A stretch of DNA of 64,000 bases from Firmicutes bacterium ADurb.Bin080 (GCA_002070965.1 MWEH01000095.1:6349-70348); one strand, 5' to 3'. Shown: positions 28,001 to 38,399, numbered from the stretch's first letter. The notes: generated by a model not told the origin, from the sequence alone. A program made the numbers and translations.

Positions 28001-28756
28001 TCAATATATACTTTTCATATAAGTTAAACTCTTTCTAATGCTCTTATATGGGTTGGGGGATAAGTCTAATTCTATAACAGCATTTTCTACATTAGCAGCC
28101 TCAGCTTCTCCCATAATATCTTTAAAATCAAGCGTTCCTAATCCTATAGCACGAAAAACGGGTACTCCAAAAATTTTCGAGTAATCCTTAAGGTGAAGGG
28201 TGTTAATTCTGCCTGATAACTTTTTAATATAATCGTTTGGATCGTAACCGCCAACTTTGATCCAAAAGGTGTCCGGAATAAACTGAACTTCTTTTTGGGT
28301 TTCCTCAATCATAACATCGTATATTGTTTTTTCTCCGAGTTTTTTAAACTCAAAATTATGGTTATGGTATGCAATGGTCATCCCATATGGTTTAAGGTTT
28401 TCAGATACAATATTTAATAGCTCAATGAATTTTTTAATACCATCATTACTTCCACGATACTCTCCTGGCATCATTCCTATTCCCATGTTTTTACAGTTGA
28501 AATTTAAATGTTCTTCTGCAAGCCTTGGAAGGTCGTTTTTTATTCTTTCTACCGAGGAATGTGTTATGCATATTGGGAGCTCATTATCTTTTGATATCTT
28601 TCCAAGCTCAACGCTATCAATATCACACATATGAGATATCTGGACAACCTCAGCTCCCATTGATTTTACCTTTTGAAAAACACCCGGAACATCTTCAGGT
28701 TTTTTCAAATAGTCTCTTAGAGAGAACAGTTGGACTCCTACTTTTATTTTTCCCAT
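28001..28756 (-). CDS. sugar phosphate isomerase/epimerase (xylose-isomerase-like TIM barrel)
   Basis: AP-endonuclease-2/TIM barrel family pattern (..YHNH..EF.., LHLKD..). Paired with a Gfo/Idh/MocA gene. Confidence 0.75.
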   Translation of the reverse strand: MGKIKVGVQLFSLRDYLKKPEDVPGVFQKVKSMGAEVVQISHMCDIDSVELGKISKDNELPICITHSSVERIKNDLPRLAEEHLNFNCKNMGIGMMPGEYRGSNDGIKKFIELLNIVSENLKPYGMTIAYHNHNFEFKKLGEKTIYDVMIEETQKEVQFIPDTFWIKVGGYDPNDYIKKLSGRINTLHLKDYSKIFGVPVFRAIGLGTLDFKDIMGEAEAANVENAVIELDLSPNPYKSIRKSLTYMKSIY

Positions 28757-28834
28757 GATATTACCTCAATTCTTTATTTATTATTTATAGAATCTCAAAC
28801 AATTGAATAGACTGAGTTTGAAAAGGTCAGAATA

Positions 28835-30001
28835 CTAGGCCTTCTTATTGTATACTTTTTCCTCTGATTTTCTCTTTTCCAGCTCATTTATGAACTGATC
28901 CTCGTCTATTGGAAGGGTGATTTCCTTTCCTTGCCAACTTGATTGATACACTGCATTTGATAGAGTTAGTCCATTAATCCCGTCAAGACCGGGAGCTATA
29001 AGTTTTTCTCCAAACAGAACAGATTTTGAAAAGTTTCGGATAATATTTATGTGTTGCCCTATTAGTCCCATTCTAACAGCATTTGACAACGTGGATATCC
29101 TCTTTGTTTTCTTTGTATAAGGAATAATAGGCATAAATTTCTTATTATTCTTGTTGAATTCGCTTTCCTTGGTCTTAAGTTTTATAAAAGTAAACTTCTC
29201 AGAGAGCAGTCCTTTCCATTCAACGATAATTTGTCCGCCATCACCGGATATCTCTAATCTGTTGGTTCCAGGAGAATCATGAGTGCTTGTTACAAAGACT
29301 CCGCTTCCCCCGTCTTCGTATTCTGTATAAAATGTTACATCGTTCTCGACATTAATGTTTCTTTCCACTCCGACTTTCGCAAATCCATAAACTTTCTTGG
29401 GCATCCCGGCAAGCCATTGGAAAAGATCCAGTTGGTGAGGGCACTGATTAATTAGGACACCTCCGCCTTCTCCTTCCCATGTTCCTCTCCATCCACCTTG
29501 ATCATAATATGCTTGTGGACGATACCAATTGGTTATAACCCAATTAATTCTCTTTATCTTCCCTAATTGACCGCTTTCAATGATCTTTTTTGCCTCACGG
29601 TACATCGGATCAGTTCTTTGGTTATACATTATTCCAAAGGTAAGATCTTTTTTCTCTTTTGCTAGTTCATTCAGTTCTTTTACGGCTTTCGTAAAAACTC
29701 CTGCTGGTTTTTCTATAAGCACATGCTTACCTGCTTTAAGCGCTTTAATACCATATTCGGGGTGGAAATAGTGAGGGGTCGCTACTATTACTGCATCCAC
29801 ATCAGAACAGGAAATCAAATCATCAGCGTTTGAGAATATTTTTACATTTTTTAAATTCTTCTCTGCCCAACTTCTTCTCTCTTCTGAAATATCAGCAACA
29901 GCTACCAGAACAGAATTTTTATCCATGCCCTTGTTAATTTTCTTTGCATGTGAGTGTCCCATTTTTCCAATACCAATTATACCGTATCTTAATTTTGCCA
30001 T
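28835..30001 (-). CDS. Gfo/Idh/MocA family oxidoreductase
   Basis: N-terminal GIIGIGKMG Rossmann motif, EKP motif (VLIEKPAG), and C-terminal alpha/beta domain. Confidence 0.85.
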   Translation of the reverse strand: MAKLRYGIIGIGKMGHSHAKKINKGMDKNSVLVAVADISEERRSWAEKNLKNVKIFSNADDLISCSDVDAVIVATPHYFHPEYGIKALKAGKHVLIEKPAGVFTKAVKELNELAKEKKDLTFGIMYNQRTDPMYREAKKIIESGQLGKIKRINWVITNWYRPQAYYDQGGWRGTWEGEGGGVLINQCPHQLDLFQWLAGMPKKVYGFAKVGVERNINVENDVTFYTEYEDGGSGVFVTSTHDSPGTNRLEISGDGGQIIVEWKGLLSEKFTFIKLKTKESEFNKNNKKFMPIIPYTKKTKRISTLSNAVRMGLIGQHINIIRNFSKSVLFGEKLIAPGLDGINGLTLSNAVYQSSWQGKEITLPIDEDQFINELEKRKSEEKVYNKKA

Positions 30002-30056
30002 CTTAATCCTCCGTATTATTTGATTAGGGTTAACGATAAAAATATAACCCTGTTAA

Positions 30057-30983
30057 TTAATCCTTGTTCATTCCTACTTTATCCATTAACGCATCCAGCT
30101 GGCTATATTGCCAAACAAAAACATCCTTTCTGGATACTTTTTGCATGCTTTTTATATTCATGGTTTTGTCTACATACTTAAAAACCCTGTAACTATTCTT
30201 GATTGCCAGACTAAAAAGAGGGCAAAGATAAAAAGCCTTCTTCAAAAGTGCATATTTCCAGGTATGGGGTTCCATTGTTAAAAAGCCGTTATATTCCCTT
30301 TCTCTAAGGTCTTTAAGAATGTCTTCAATTCTGCCTTGTCCAAGTCCTAGTGGAACTTCAACTCCATCAAGGCAATCTTTCATATGATAATATACTGTAT
30401 AATCCCTAGTTTTTAAATATGCGTCGTATGGATCCACATTGCATTGTATGTAATTAGAAGCATCATAACATAGCTTTAAATTGGGGTGATTTACACCTTC
30501 ATATATTTCAATTGCCCTTTCAGGGACATCCCCGTAAATTTTCTTTTCATTTTCATGGATAAGAATTACATCTGTCCCCTCAACTTTTTCAAGAAATCCT
30601 TTCATCTTTCTGATAACCTCGGGGGTGTATCCTGCATAATTATCTCTTTGGTCCACAAAGAAAGAAAATACTCGTATATATTTGCATTCCATTGCCTGAG
30701 CAATTTTTACTAATGTTTCCAACTTCTTCAGCTGTTCCTTGTATGCATCTTCATTGTATAACCCAATTTTTCCGATTGGTGAACCTATACTAGAAAACTT
30801 TATTCCCTCTTTGTCAAGCACCGGCTTAACCTTATCCATAAATTCTTCATATGAATAATCCGCTATACTCTTTCCATTCACGCTTCTTGGGCACATATAC
30901 TTCATACCGAGTTCTTTACATATTTCTATTTGTAAAGACAAATCCGAAGAGTACTCATCTGTAAATCCACTAATTCTAACCAT
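30057..30983 (-). CDS. sugar phosphate isomerase/epimerase (TIM barrel)
   Basis: Same family pattern (..IHENE.., YHMKD..). Second member in the operon. Confidence 0.75.
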   Translation of the reverse strand: MVRISGFTDEYSSDLSLQIEICKELGMKYMCPRSVNGKSIADYSYEEFMDKVKPVLDKEGIKFSSIGSPIGKIGLYNEDAYKEQLKKLETLVKIAQAMECKYIRVFSFFVDQRDNYAGYTPEVIRKMKGFLEKVEGTDVILIHENEKKIYGDVPERAIEIYEGVNHPNLKLCYDASNYIQCNVDPYDAYLKTRDYTVYYHMKDCLDGVEVPLGLGQGRIEDILKDLREREYNGFLTMEPHTWKYALLKKAFYLCPLFSLAIKNSYRVFKYVDKTMNIKSMQKVSRKDVFVWQYSQLDALMDKVGMNKD

Positions 30984-30994
30984 TTTTTACCTCC

Positions 30995-32140
30995 TCACTT
31001 TATGCCCAGATAATCCTTCTCCTGAGCAATTTTCTCTTTTAAAATCTTCTCATAATATACGCCATCCACTGGAATTTCTGTTTTTCTATTTTCCCAAGCC
31101 GAGAGATAAATCGCATTGACCATCTCAACAGCCGGCAAACCCTCCCAAAGAGGAGAAATTAATGATTCTGTGCCTTTAATAGTGTTTACAAAATTCCTAA
31201 TAATAGCCGCCTGTTCCCCGAAATCTCTCGCTAATCTTAATGCAAACCTAATATTATATCCACATCGCCTTGTTTTTCTTGTGACAAATCCGTAACCTGA
31301 CTTTGTTTCCGAATTAACTTCACTCTCACATTTTTTAAAGGTGTATACCTTCATTCTGCGATTCTCGATGACAATTCTTCCTTTTTCGCCAGAAATTTCT
31401 AATCTGTTTGCTCCCCTTAACTCATGAGTATTTGCTGAAAATGAACAATACACATCTTCGGGGTATTCAAACAGTGCTATAACGTCATTTTCAACGGTAA
31501 TGTTTCTGCCCTTGGTAAACATCTTTGCTTCAACAGCTTTTGGAAGGCCTACAATCCACTGCAAAAGATCCAACTGATGGACGCATTGATTTATTAATGT
31601 TCCGCCTCCCTCGCCCCAAAGACAAGCTCTCCAACCTCCTTGATTGTAATATGCTTGAGAGCGATACCAATCAGCAACGATATAGTTAATTCTTTTGATC
31701 TTTCCTATCTTACCATCTCTTACCAAATCACGAGCCCTTTTATGAACGGTGTTGGTCCTTTGATTCCACATAACAGCTAGAGTCAACTCAGGATGTTTAT
31801 TTGCTTCTTCTATAACTGATCTGGCTTCCTCAGCAGTAACTGTCATAGGCTTTTCTGAAAGAACATGTTTTCCTTTCCCAATACAGTACTTAACTATATC
31901 CCCATGAAAATAATGCTCGGTAGAGACTATTACCGCATCAATACTTTCGTTATCCAACATTTGTTTGTAATTATCGTATGATGTAATCTTACCGTACTTT
32001 TTAGTAAACTTTGAAATCGCTTCCTCTTTTATGTCGCAAATACAAGCAAGCGTGGCACCTTTTATATGTCCAAGCTTAAGGTTTCTCGCATGGATGGTTC
32101 CCATTCTTCCGACACCAATAACTGCTACTTTTACTTTCAT
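30995..32140 (-). CDS. Gfo/Idh/MocA family oxidoreductase
   Basis: AVIGVGRMG Rossmann motif and VLSEKPM. Paralog of 28835..30001 (shared WYR.QAYY.QGGWR...GEGGG.LINQC.HQLDL.QW). Confidence 0.85.
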   Translation of the reverse strand: MKVKVAVIGVGRMGTIHARNLKLGHIKGATLACICDIKEEAISKFTKKYGKITSYDNYKQMLDNESIDAVIVSTEHYFHGDIVKYCIGKGKHVLSEKPMTVTAEEARSVIEEANKHPELTLAVMWNQRTNTVHKRARDLVRDGKIGKIKRINYIVADWYRSQAYYNQGGWRACLWGEGGGTLINQCVHQLDLLQWIVGLPKAVEAKMFTKGRNITVENDVIALFEYPEDVYCSFSANTHELRGANRLEISGEKGRIVIENRRMKVYTFKKCESEVNSETKSGYGFVTRKTRRCGYNIRFALRLARDFGEQAAIIRNFVNTIKGTESLISPLWEGLPAVEMVNAIYLSAWENRKTEIPVDGVYYEKILKEKIAQEKDYLGIK

Positions 32141-32200
32141 AAAACTCCTATACTAGTATATTTTATCATATATTCGCGTATGCGCACATATACCATGATT

Positions 32201-32312
32201 ATCAAAGACCAAGATTTTTTATTACGTTATTATCAATAATTATTTCTACCCCTGATTTTCAAAGACCAAGATTTTTTAAATAGTCGCTATCTACAATTAA
32301 TTCTACACCCCT
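32201..32312. repeat. two tandem copies (57 bp period) spanning the stop codon of the SDR (uxuB-like) gene
   Basis: tcaaagaccaagatttttta...aattatttctacccctga versus tcaaagaccaagattttttaa...aattaattctacacccctga. Real stop at 32303-32305, copy stop triplet at 32246-32248. Confidence 0.85.
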
Positions 32313-33112
32313 GAGTATGCGCTAAATCCTCCATCTATTGGCACGACAATTCCTGTCACAAAGCCACTTGCATCGTTGTCCGTAAGCCACTCAATCGTTC
32401 CTAAAAGTTCCTCTGGTTCGCCAAATCTTCCCATGGGCGTATTACTGAGAATCTTCTTAGAGCGGTCGGTTAAAGAACCATCTTCTTTGTAAAGCAAAGT
32501 CTTGTTTTGATTTGTAGAGAAAAAACCAGGAGCAATTGCGTTTACCCTCATTCCCACTTTCGCAAAATACACTGCTAACCACTGAGTAAAATTCGAAACT
32601 GCCGACTTTGCTGCAGAGTATGCCGGAATCTTTGTAAGGGGGGTAAATGCATTCATGGAAGAAATATTAATTATGCAACTGCCCTTCTTCTTCGCCATTT
32701 CTTCGGCAAAAACCTGGGTGGTTAAAAATGCACCCATAAAATTAAGATTGAAAACAAAATCAACTCCCGATTGTTCTAGAGCAAAGAAATCCTTTACCCC
32801 ATTTTCGCCATGGAACTCAATATCGGTAGTTGCTTTTGCATTATTTCCTCCAGCTCCGTTAATCAATATATCACAGTTTCCAAAGTCTTTAACAACCTTA
32901 TCCCTAGCTTCAGTAAGGCTCTGTTTTTCCAATACATTTGCCTTGTAGCCTCGGGCTGTATATCCTTTTTCATTAAACTTTTTTGCGAGTGCTTCAACTG
33001 CATCTAAATTAATATCCAGCAGGGCAACTTTATCTTTAAGCTTAGCGAAGTGTTCTGCTATTACTCCACAAAGTACTCCTCCTGCTCCGGTAATAACTAC
33101 AACTCTATTCAT
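32303..33112 (-). CDS. SDR family oxidoreductase, likely fructuronate/D-mannonate oxidoreductase (YjmF/UxuB-like)
   Basis: VITGAGGVLCG Rossmann motif and YSAAK catalytic motif. It lies immediately downstream of uxuA, as with B. subtilis yjmF. Start at the ATG at 33112 after AGGAGG. Confidence 0.7.
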   Translation of the reverse strand: MNRVVVITGAGGVLCGVIAEHFAKLKDKVALLDINLDAVEALAKKFNEKGYTARGYKANVLEKQSLTEARDKVVKDFGNCDILINGAGGNNAKATTDIEFHGENGVKDFFALEQSGVDFVFNLNFMGAFLTTQVFAEEMAKKKGSCIINISSMNAFTPLTKIPAYSAAKSAVSNFTQWLAVYFAKVGMRVNAIAPGFFSTNQNKTLLYKEDGSLTDRSKKILSNTPMGRFGEPEELLGTIEWLTDNDASGFVTGIVVPIDGGFSAYSGV

Positions 33113-33234
33113 ATCATCCTCCTTTTTAGGTTCCCGCATATAATTGTTTGGAACTCTTTATTTATATTATTGAGAAATTCTGACTTATTTGTCTTTATTA
33201 ATCGCTTCCCCGCTAAATCCTTAACGAGCTTAGA

Positions 33235-34281
33235 TTATTGTTTCTTTGAATACTTTTCTACTGCCTCGAAGAGACCTCCAATGTATACTGCGCCAAGAGC
33301 CCTGTCATATAGTCCATAGCCGTATCTTCCCTTTTCACCCCAAATCATTCTCCCATGATCCGGCCTTACATATCCATCAAAGCCAGTTTCATAAAGGGCC
33401 TTAACAATTTCAAAAATATCTATGCTTCCGTATTCTGAGGGATGAGCCGTTTCTTCAAAGTCTCTTTCCCCCGATCTCTTTACATTTCTTATGTGTACGA
33501 AATGTACTCTTCCTTTTGCCATTTTAATTATCTTAATCAAATCGTTTTCGCTAGCAACTCCCAGAGATCCCGTGCAGAGAGTAATCCCGTTGGAGGGACT
33601 ATCCACCACGCTCAAAAATCTCTTGATATTATCGTAGTCTGTAATAATCCTAGGTAAGCCAAATATAGACCATGGAGGATCATCCGGGTGAATAGCCATC
33701 TTCACTCCGCACTCCTCCGCTACGGGAATTATTTCCTTTAAAAATACTGTCAAGTTCTTCCATAGGTCTTCCGGGCCAACATCTTTATATTGGGTCAAAA
33801 GAGCTCTTAGTCCCTCTCTTGAGTAACTACTATCCCACCCCGGCAAACTAAGCTCTGATTTTAAAGGGTCCATGGCTAAAACCTTATCGTGGGAATATGA
33901 TAAAGCATTAGATCCATCTTTTTTCTCCTTTTCTAGATCGCTTCTCAGCCAATCAAAAACAGGCATGAAGTTATAACAGATACATTTGACTCCGTATTTT
34001 GCTAATCTTCTTATATTTTCTTTGTAATTTTCAATGTATTGTTTTGCAGATGGAAGACCTAATTTTATATCCTCATGGACGGGGACGCTCTCAATGACTT
34101 CACATTCCAAGCCCTTTTCATGTGCGCTTTCAACCAGTTCCTTTATACTTTCTTCCTTCCAAACACTTCCGGGGGGCGTGTCGTATACAGCACTTACGAC
34201 CCCTCTGACAAAGGGTATCTGCCTGATCTTATCAAGAGTTACACTATCTCCCTTTCCATACCATCTGAATGTAATCTTCAT
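33235..34281 (-). CDS. uxuA: mannonate dehydratase
   Basis: The MKITFRWYG..D.V.L..IRQIP N-terminus and overall length are typical of UxuA. Confidence 0.9.
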   Translation of the reverse strand: MKITFRWYGKGDSVTLDKIRQIPFVRGVVSAVYDTPPGSVWKEESIKELVESAHEKGLECEVIESVPVHEDIKLGLPSAKQYIENYKENIRRLAKYGVKCICYNFMPVFDWLRSDLEKEKKDGSNALSYSHDKVLAMDPLKSELSLPGWDSSYSREGLRALLTQYKDVGPEDLWKNLTVFLKEIIPVAEECGVKMAIHPDDPPWSIFGLPRIITDYDNIKRFLSVVDSPSNGITLCTGSLGVASENDLIKIIKMAKGRVHFVHIRNVKRSGERDFEETAHPSEYGSIDIFEIVKALYETGFDGYVRPDHGRMIWGEKGRYGYGLYDRALGAVYIGGLFEAVEKYSKKQ

Positions 34282-34365
34282 GTTATTCTCCTTAAACTGT
34301 TTTTCCCTGTATTATTTAATAATTATCCCTAACCCTACTTTTCTTCAGGTAACAAATTTGCAATT

Positions 34366-35757
34366 CTATAGGCCATTTACTTTTTGACTTCTAATTCCCA
34401 TATACTTTTTAACGGACATGCGTTCCCTTTTTTTTAGAAGTTTTTTCGCATTAAGATATGCCAGATTTTTTGCTACTTCCAGGAGTTCAGAGTAGTTGTT
34501 TCCATCATAAAACTGAGAGAGAAAATCACACAATATTTCTCGGAAATAAGTGTGTCTTACATAGCTTAAAAAACTTCTGCTATCTGTTAGCATTCCTATT
34601 AACCCATTAATGTGTCCGAGTTCTGATGCCTTTTCAAGAAACTCGAAAATTCCTCTTTCATGATCATTAAACCACCATGCCATACCAGGAATTACTTCTG
34701 GGAATGAGCCTGCCAAAGTCAATATTTGGTAATACATTGTTGGATTAAGGGTATATACTATTGTCCTTGGAAGTTTTTTCTCTCCAATTCTGTTCAATAC
34801 TGATGATAGTGCCCTTGCAGGGACACATTCTCCTACCGAATCAAAACCAGTATCTCTTCCTAGTTTGTTAAACATTTCCATATTTGGATTACGAAGAGAA
34901 GAAAGATGAAGTTGCATAATAATACCTTTCTCAGCATAAAGCTTCCCTAAGAATACGAAAATATATCCTTGGAGTCTTTCTCTATCTTCCTTTGAAAGGG
35001 CATCTTTATCTAAAAAATCTTTTATTAAAAGGTCAGCCTCCTCTCTCGAAGCAATCTTGGTTGGGAAATCCTCTATACCAATGTCTGAAAACTTACAATC
35101 GTGAGCTATAAAATAATCCATTCTCATTTTAACTGCTTTTTCAAAGGATTCTATTCCCCTCATTTTTATTTTTGTCTTATTTGCAAGAAGACTTATGTAA
35201 GTCACATCCTTAAACTCTAATAACTTATCTGTCCTGAAGGTGGGGGCTACTTTTACCTCGTAGTCTTTTAGTTTTTCATGATACTCCAGGTCATCTAATA
35301 CATCGTCTGTTGTAGCAATATATTCTACTCCAGATTGTTTAATAAGCTTTCTGGGGGAGAGCTCATTTTCCTTAATTATCTGGCTGGTCTTTTCCCAAAT
35401 ATCATCCGCTGTCTTTTCGTTCAAGGGAGTGTCTATGGAAAAATATGTTTTCAATTCCATCTTGACCCACTCTTTTACTGGGTTCCCAAAAGCCCTGGCC
35501 AAAACTCGCGCAAATTCCGTATATTTTTCTTTAGTAGTCGTTTCTTTCCCGGTAATATATTTTTCATCTACCCCCGCACTTCTCATCAATCTCCACTTAT
35601 AGTGGTCGTAGGAAAGCCAGAGATCGCCTATATCAGAAAAAGGTTCGTCAAGATAAATCTCCTTAGGGCTTAAATGACAATGATAGTCAATTATCGGAAG
35701 ATCTTTAATTTCATTAAAGAGTTTTTCTCTGATTTCTTTATTATTTTCTCTTAACAT
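34366..35757 (-). CDS. uxaC: glucuronate isomerase
   Basis: LPIIDYHCHL motif near the N-terminus. 463 aa. Confidence 0.9.
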   Translation of the reverse strand: MLRENNKEIREKLFNEIKDLPIIDYHCHLSPKEIYLDEPFSDIGDLWLSYDHYKWRLMRSAGVDEKYITGKETTTKEKYTEFARVLARAFGNPVKEWVKMELKTYFSIDTPLNEKTADDIWEKTSQIIKENELSPRKLIKQSGVEYIATTDDVLDDLEYHEKLKDYEVKVAPTFRTDKLLEFKDVTYISLLANKTKIKMRGIESFEKAVKMRMDYFIAHDCKFSDIGIEDFPTKIASREEADLLIKDFLDKDALSKEDRERLQGYIFVFLGKLYAEKGIIMQLHLSSLRNPNMEMFNKLGRDTGFDSVGECVPARALSSVLNRIGEKKLPRTIVYTLNPTMYYQILTLAGSFPEVIPGMAWWFNDHERGIFEFLEKASELGHINGLIGMLTDSRSFLSYVRHTYFREILCDFLSQFYDGNNYSELLEVAKNLAYLNAKKLLKKRERMSVKKYMGIRSQKVNGL

Positions 35758-35806
35758 GTATTCCTTTTATATCCTTCTTCGGATTTTTTAAATACTTTAC
35801 TAAAAT

Positions 35807-35935
35807 TTATTTAACCCTTTCTAAACCGAACTCCCTGTATTTCGAATAATTATTTTATATACTAACCCTTCCTAAGCCGAACTCAAGTATGCCGAATAAT
35901 TATTTTATCTACTAACCCTTCCTGATCCTGTCCCT
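35807..35935. repeat. three tandem copies (48-50 bp period) spanning the stop codon of kdgK
   Basis: On the minus strand: GSGRVSR-TAA (real stop 35905-35907), GLGRVSI-TAA (35855-35857) and GLERVK-TAA (35807-35809). Each is followed by aataattattcg..-type sequence. Confidence 0.9.
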
Positions 35936-36927
35936 AAGGCAAGATCTTCAATTTCCTTCAAGGATACCAGGTTAAAATCTCCCTCGATGGTTTGTTTTAA
36001 GGCTGAGGCAGCTACTGCAAATTCGATGGTTTTTTGGTAGGAGAAATCCTTTATCAGCCCGTAAATAATACCAGCAGCAAAGCTATCCCCTCCTCCAATT
36101 CTATCTACTATATTAATGTTGTATTTTTTCGAAGGAAAAGAACCTTCTTCGGTACAGAGAATTCCACTCCAACCGTTTATGGAAGCCGATATGCTTTCTC
36201 TAAGCGAAAATGCAACTGCTTTTACACCGAATTTTTTGATTATTTCCGAGGCTATTTCTGAATACCCTTGTTTTGATAACTCTCCCTTTTCAATACTTGA
36301 TCCTTTTGCTTCGATACCAAACACATCTTTACAATCCTCTTCATTTGAAATCAGAACATCCACATATTGCATAAGAGAAGTCATCACTTTCCCGGCTTTT
36401 TCTCTTGACCAGAGTTTTTTTCTGTAATTCAAATCACAAGATACTTTGATCCCCATCTCTTTTGCCTGTTTCAGCAGAGTTGTGATAAACTTCTCAGTTT
36501 TTTCTGATAACGCGGGAGTTATTCCCGTAAAATGCAACCAATATACATCCGTAAATGTTTTTTCTAAATCAATCTCTTTAACATCAATATCCGAAAAAGA
36601 AGAATACCTCCTGTCGTATACAACCACACTCCCCCTCTGAGCAGCACCCTTCTCACAAAAATATATTCCCAGCCTTTCCCCTCCTCTTGGAATATTAGAA
36701 GTATCCACTCCAAAGGATCTTAAGCTTTTAATGGCTGAATCACCTATAAGATTATCGGGAAGTTTGGATAAAAAGGAAGCATCCAGCCCAAGAGAAGCTA
36801 GTGAAACAGCTACATTTGCTTCCGCACCGCCAAAACAGACGTCAAACTTATCAGCCTGGACTAATCTTTTGTATCCCTCAGGCTGCAATCTCATCATTAT
36901 TTCGCCAACTGTTAATATTTTACTCAT
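35905..36927 (-). CDS. kdgK: 2-dehydro-3-deoxygluconokinase (PfkB family)
   Basis: PfkB motifs (GGAEANVAV.. near the N-terminus, DRIGGGDSF near the C-terminus) and operon context with eda. Start at the ATG at 36927 after GGAGGGAG. Confidence 0.85.
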   Translation of the reverse strand: MSKILTVGEIMMRLQPEGYKRLVQADKFDVCFGGAEANVAVSLASLGLDASFLSKLPDNLIGDSAIKSLRSFGVDTSNIPRGGERLGIYFCEKGAAQRGSVVVYDRRYSSFSDIDVKEIDLEKTFTDVYWLHFTGITPALSEKTEKFITTLLKQAKEMGIKVSCDLNYRKKLWSREKAGKVMTSLMQYVDVLISNEEDCKDVFGIEAKGSSIEKGELSKQGYSEIASEIIKKFGVKAVAFSLRESISASINGWSGILCTEEGSFPSKKYNINIVDRIGGGDSFAAGIIYGLIKDFSYQKTIEFAVAASALKQTIEGDFNLVSLKEIEDLALGTGSGRVSR

Positions 36928-36992
36928 ATCTCCCTCCAATATTTTGAGTCATAATATATTTTCTCAACCAGGTTTTAAAGTAGAGGTAAACC

Positions 36993-37637
36993 TCATGACA
37001 TAAATATTTCCTTAATTCTGTTTACCCACATCTTTGCGTCTTCCCTTACCCCGTTAAAGTCTCCATTTTTTGCTTTTATTGTCAAGTTTGAGCCTGCCCC
37101 GATGGCTGTCGCTCCTGCATCAAACCATTCCTTCATATTTTCGTAGGATACTCCCCCAGTTACCATAAATGATGCATTCGGGAAGGGCCCCCTCAAAGCT
37201 TTTAGCCCTTGAGGTTTCGCAATATCTCCAGGAAATAACTTCAGTACCTGGCATCCCCCTCTCATTGCAGATGCAACTTCTGAAGGAGAAAACACACCGG
37301 GTGTGTATGCAATATTTCCCTTTTTACAATATTCTGACAGATAAGGGTTAAAGTCAGGGCTGACAATATATTCTGCTCCATTTTCCAAAGCTTCCTTAGC
37401 TACTTCAATTTCAAGGACAGTCCCTGCTCCAATATATATGTCCTGGCCATTGTATTTTCTCGATAGAATGTTAATAATTTTTGAAGCGCCTGGTACTGTA
37501 AATGTAATTTCAATAAATTTCACTCCACCCTGAATGCAAGCTTCGGCAGTTTCAATTGCTTCTTCGAGACTTTTTCCTCTCACTACTACTACTAATTTTT
37601 CTTCTTTAAGTTTTTTTAAAAAATCGATGTTTTGCAT
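36993..37637 (-). CDS. eda: 2-dehydro-3-deoxyphosphogluconate (KDPG) aldolase
   Basis: VVVVRG..., IEITF..P, GAGTVL and the LKLFP (Schiff-base Lys region) pattern. Start at the ATG at 37637 after GAGGAA. Confidence 0.85.
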   Translation of the reverse strand: MQNIDFLKKLKEEKLVVVVRGKSLEEAIETAEACIQGGVKFIEITFTVPGASKIINILSRKYNGQDIYIGAGTVLEIEVAKEALENGAEYIVSPDFNPYLSEYCKKGNIAYTPGVFSPSEVASAMRGGCQVLKLFPGDIAKPQGLKALRGPFPNASFMVTGGVSYENMKEWFDAGATAIGAGSNLTIKAKNGDFNGVREDAKMWVNRIKEIFMS

Positions 37638-37656
37638 ATTTTCCTCAACATATATA

Positions 37657-38316
37657 TTATTTTTTAAAGTATTCGGGATATTTATATAATAGTACCGGCA
37701 TTTTCTCGGTACAAAAACCAACATGTGAAAGAAGCTGTGGTTCTATTTCCTCTATTTTCCTTTCTGTTATACTCTTCAAAATATTTTTATGGTGTATATA
37801 TAACAGTTCAAAGTTATTGTCATCTGCCATAGCCAGCCTTCTGTATCGCATATAATGAGCCTCGTACTTTCTTATAATATCCCACCACAGTGATTTCCCT
37901 GCCAAAGAAAACAGTCTTTCGTGAAACTGGTTATCAAGTTCCCAAAATAATTCAATATCTTTATCAGTCAACGCCGTTTCCTGACTCTTTAAACACTCAC
38001 CCAGAGTTTCAATATCTTTTAGAGTTAAATTGAAAATGAGATCCTTTTGAACCTTAGTTTCCAGTTGTATCCTCATTTCTAACATTTGTCTAACTGAGAT
38101 CGGGTCTATTAAAGTAACTTTTGTTCCATGTCTTGGCAAAACTGTCAAATAGCCCTCGGCCTCAAGTCTCTTGAGTATCTCTCTTAGTGGGGTGCGAGAA
38201 ATTTTAAACCTTAGGCTTAAATCATTTTCTTTTATGAACTCGCCCGGTTTAATCTTCAGCTTCACAATCTCCGACAATAGCTCTGAATATATTAACTCTT
38301 TAGTGTTAAGAACCAA
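37657..38316 (-). CDS. GntR family (FadR/FCD subfamily) transcriptional regulator
   Basis: wHTH L.E..LS..F.ISRTPLREILKRLEAEGY plus a C-terminal all-helical FCD-like domain. Start assigned to the TTG at 38316 after GGAGGG; the longer GTG-start ORF to 38388 has no RBS. Confidence 0.75.
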   Translation of the reverse strand: MVLNTKELIYSELLSEIVKLKIKPGEFIKENDLSLRFKISRTPLREILKRLEAEGYLTVLPRHGTKVTLIDPISVRQMLEMRIQLETKVQKDLIFNLTLKDIETLGECLKSQETALTDKDIELFWELDNQFHERLFSLAGKSLWWDIIRKYEAHYMRYRRLAMADDNNFELLYIHHKNILKSITERKIEEIEPQLLSHVGFCTEKMPVLLYKYPEYFKK

Positions 38317-38399
38317 TTTTCCCTCCAAAAGACCAGTATAAATATTGTATCCTTTTCGATATATATAAGTCAATACAGCAAGATTCACTTTTTATACAT

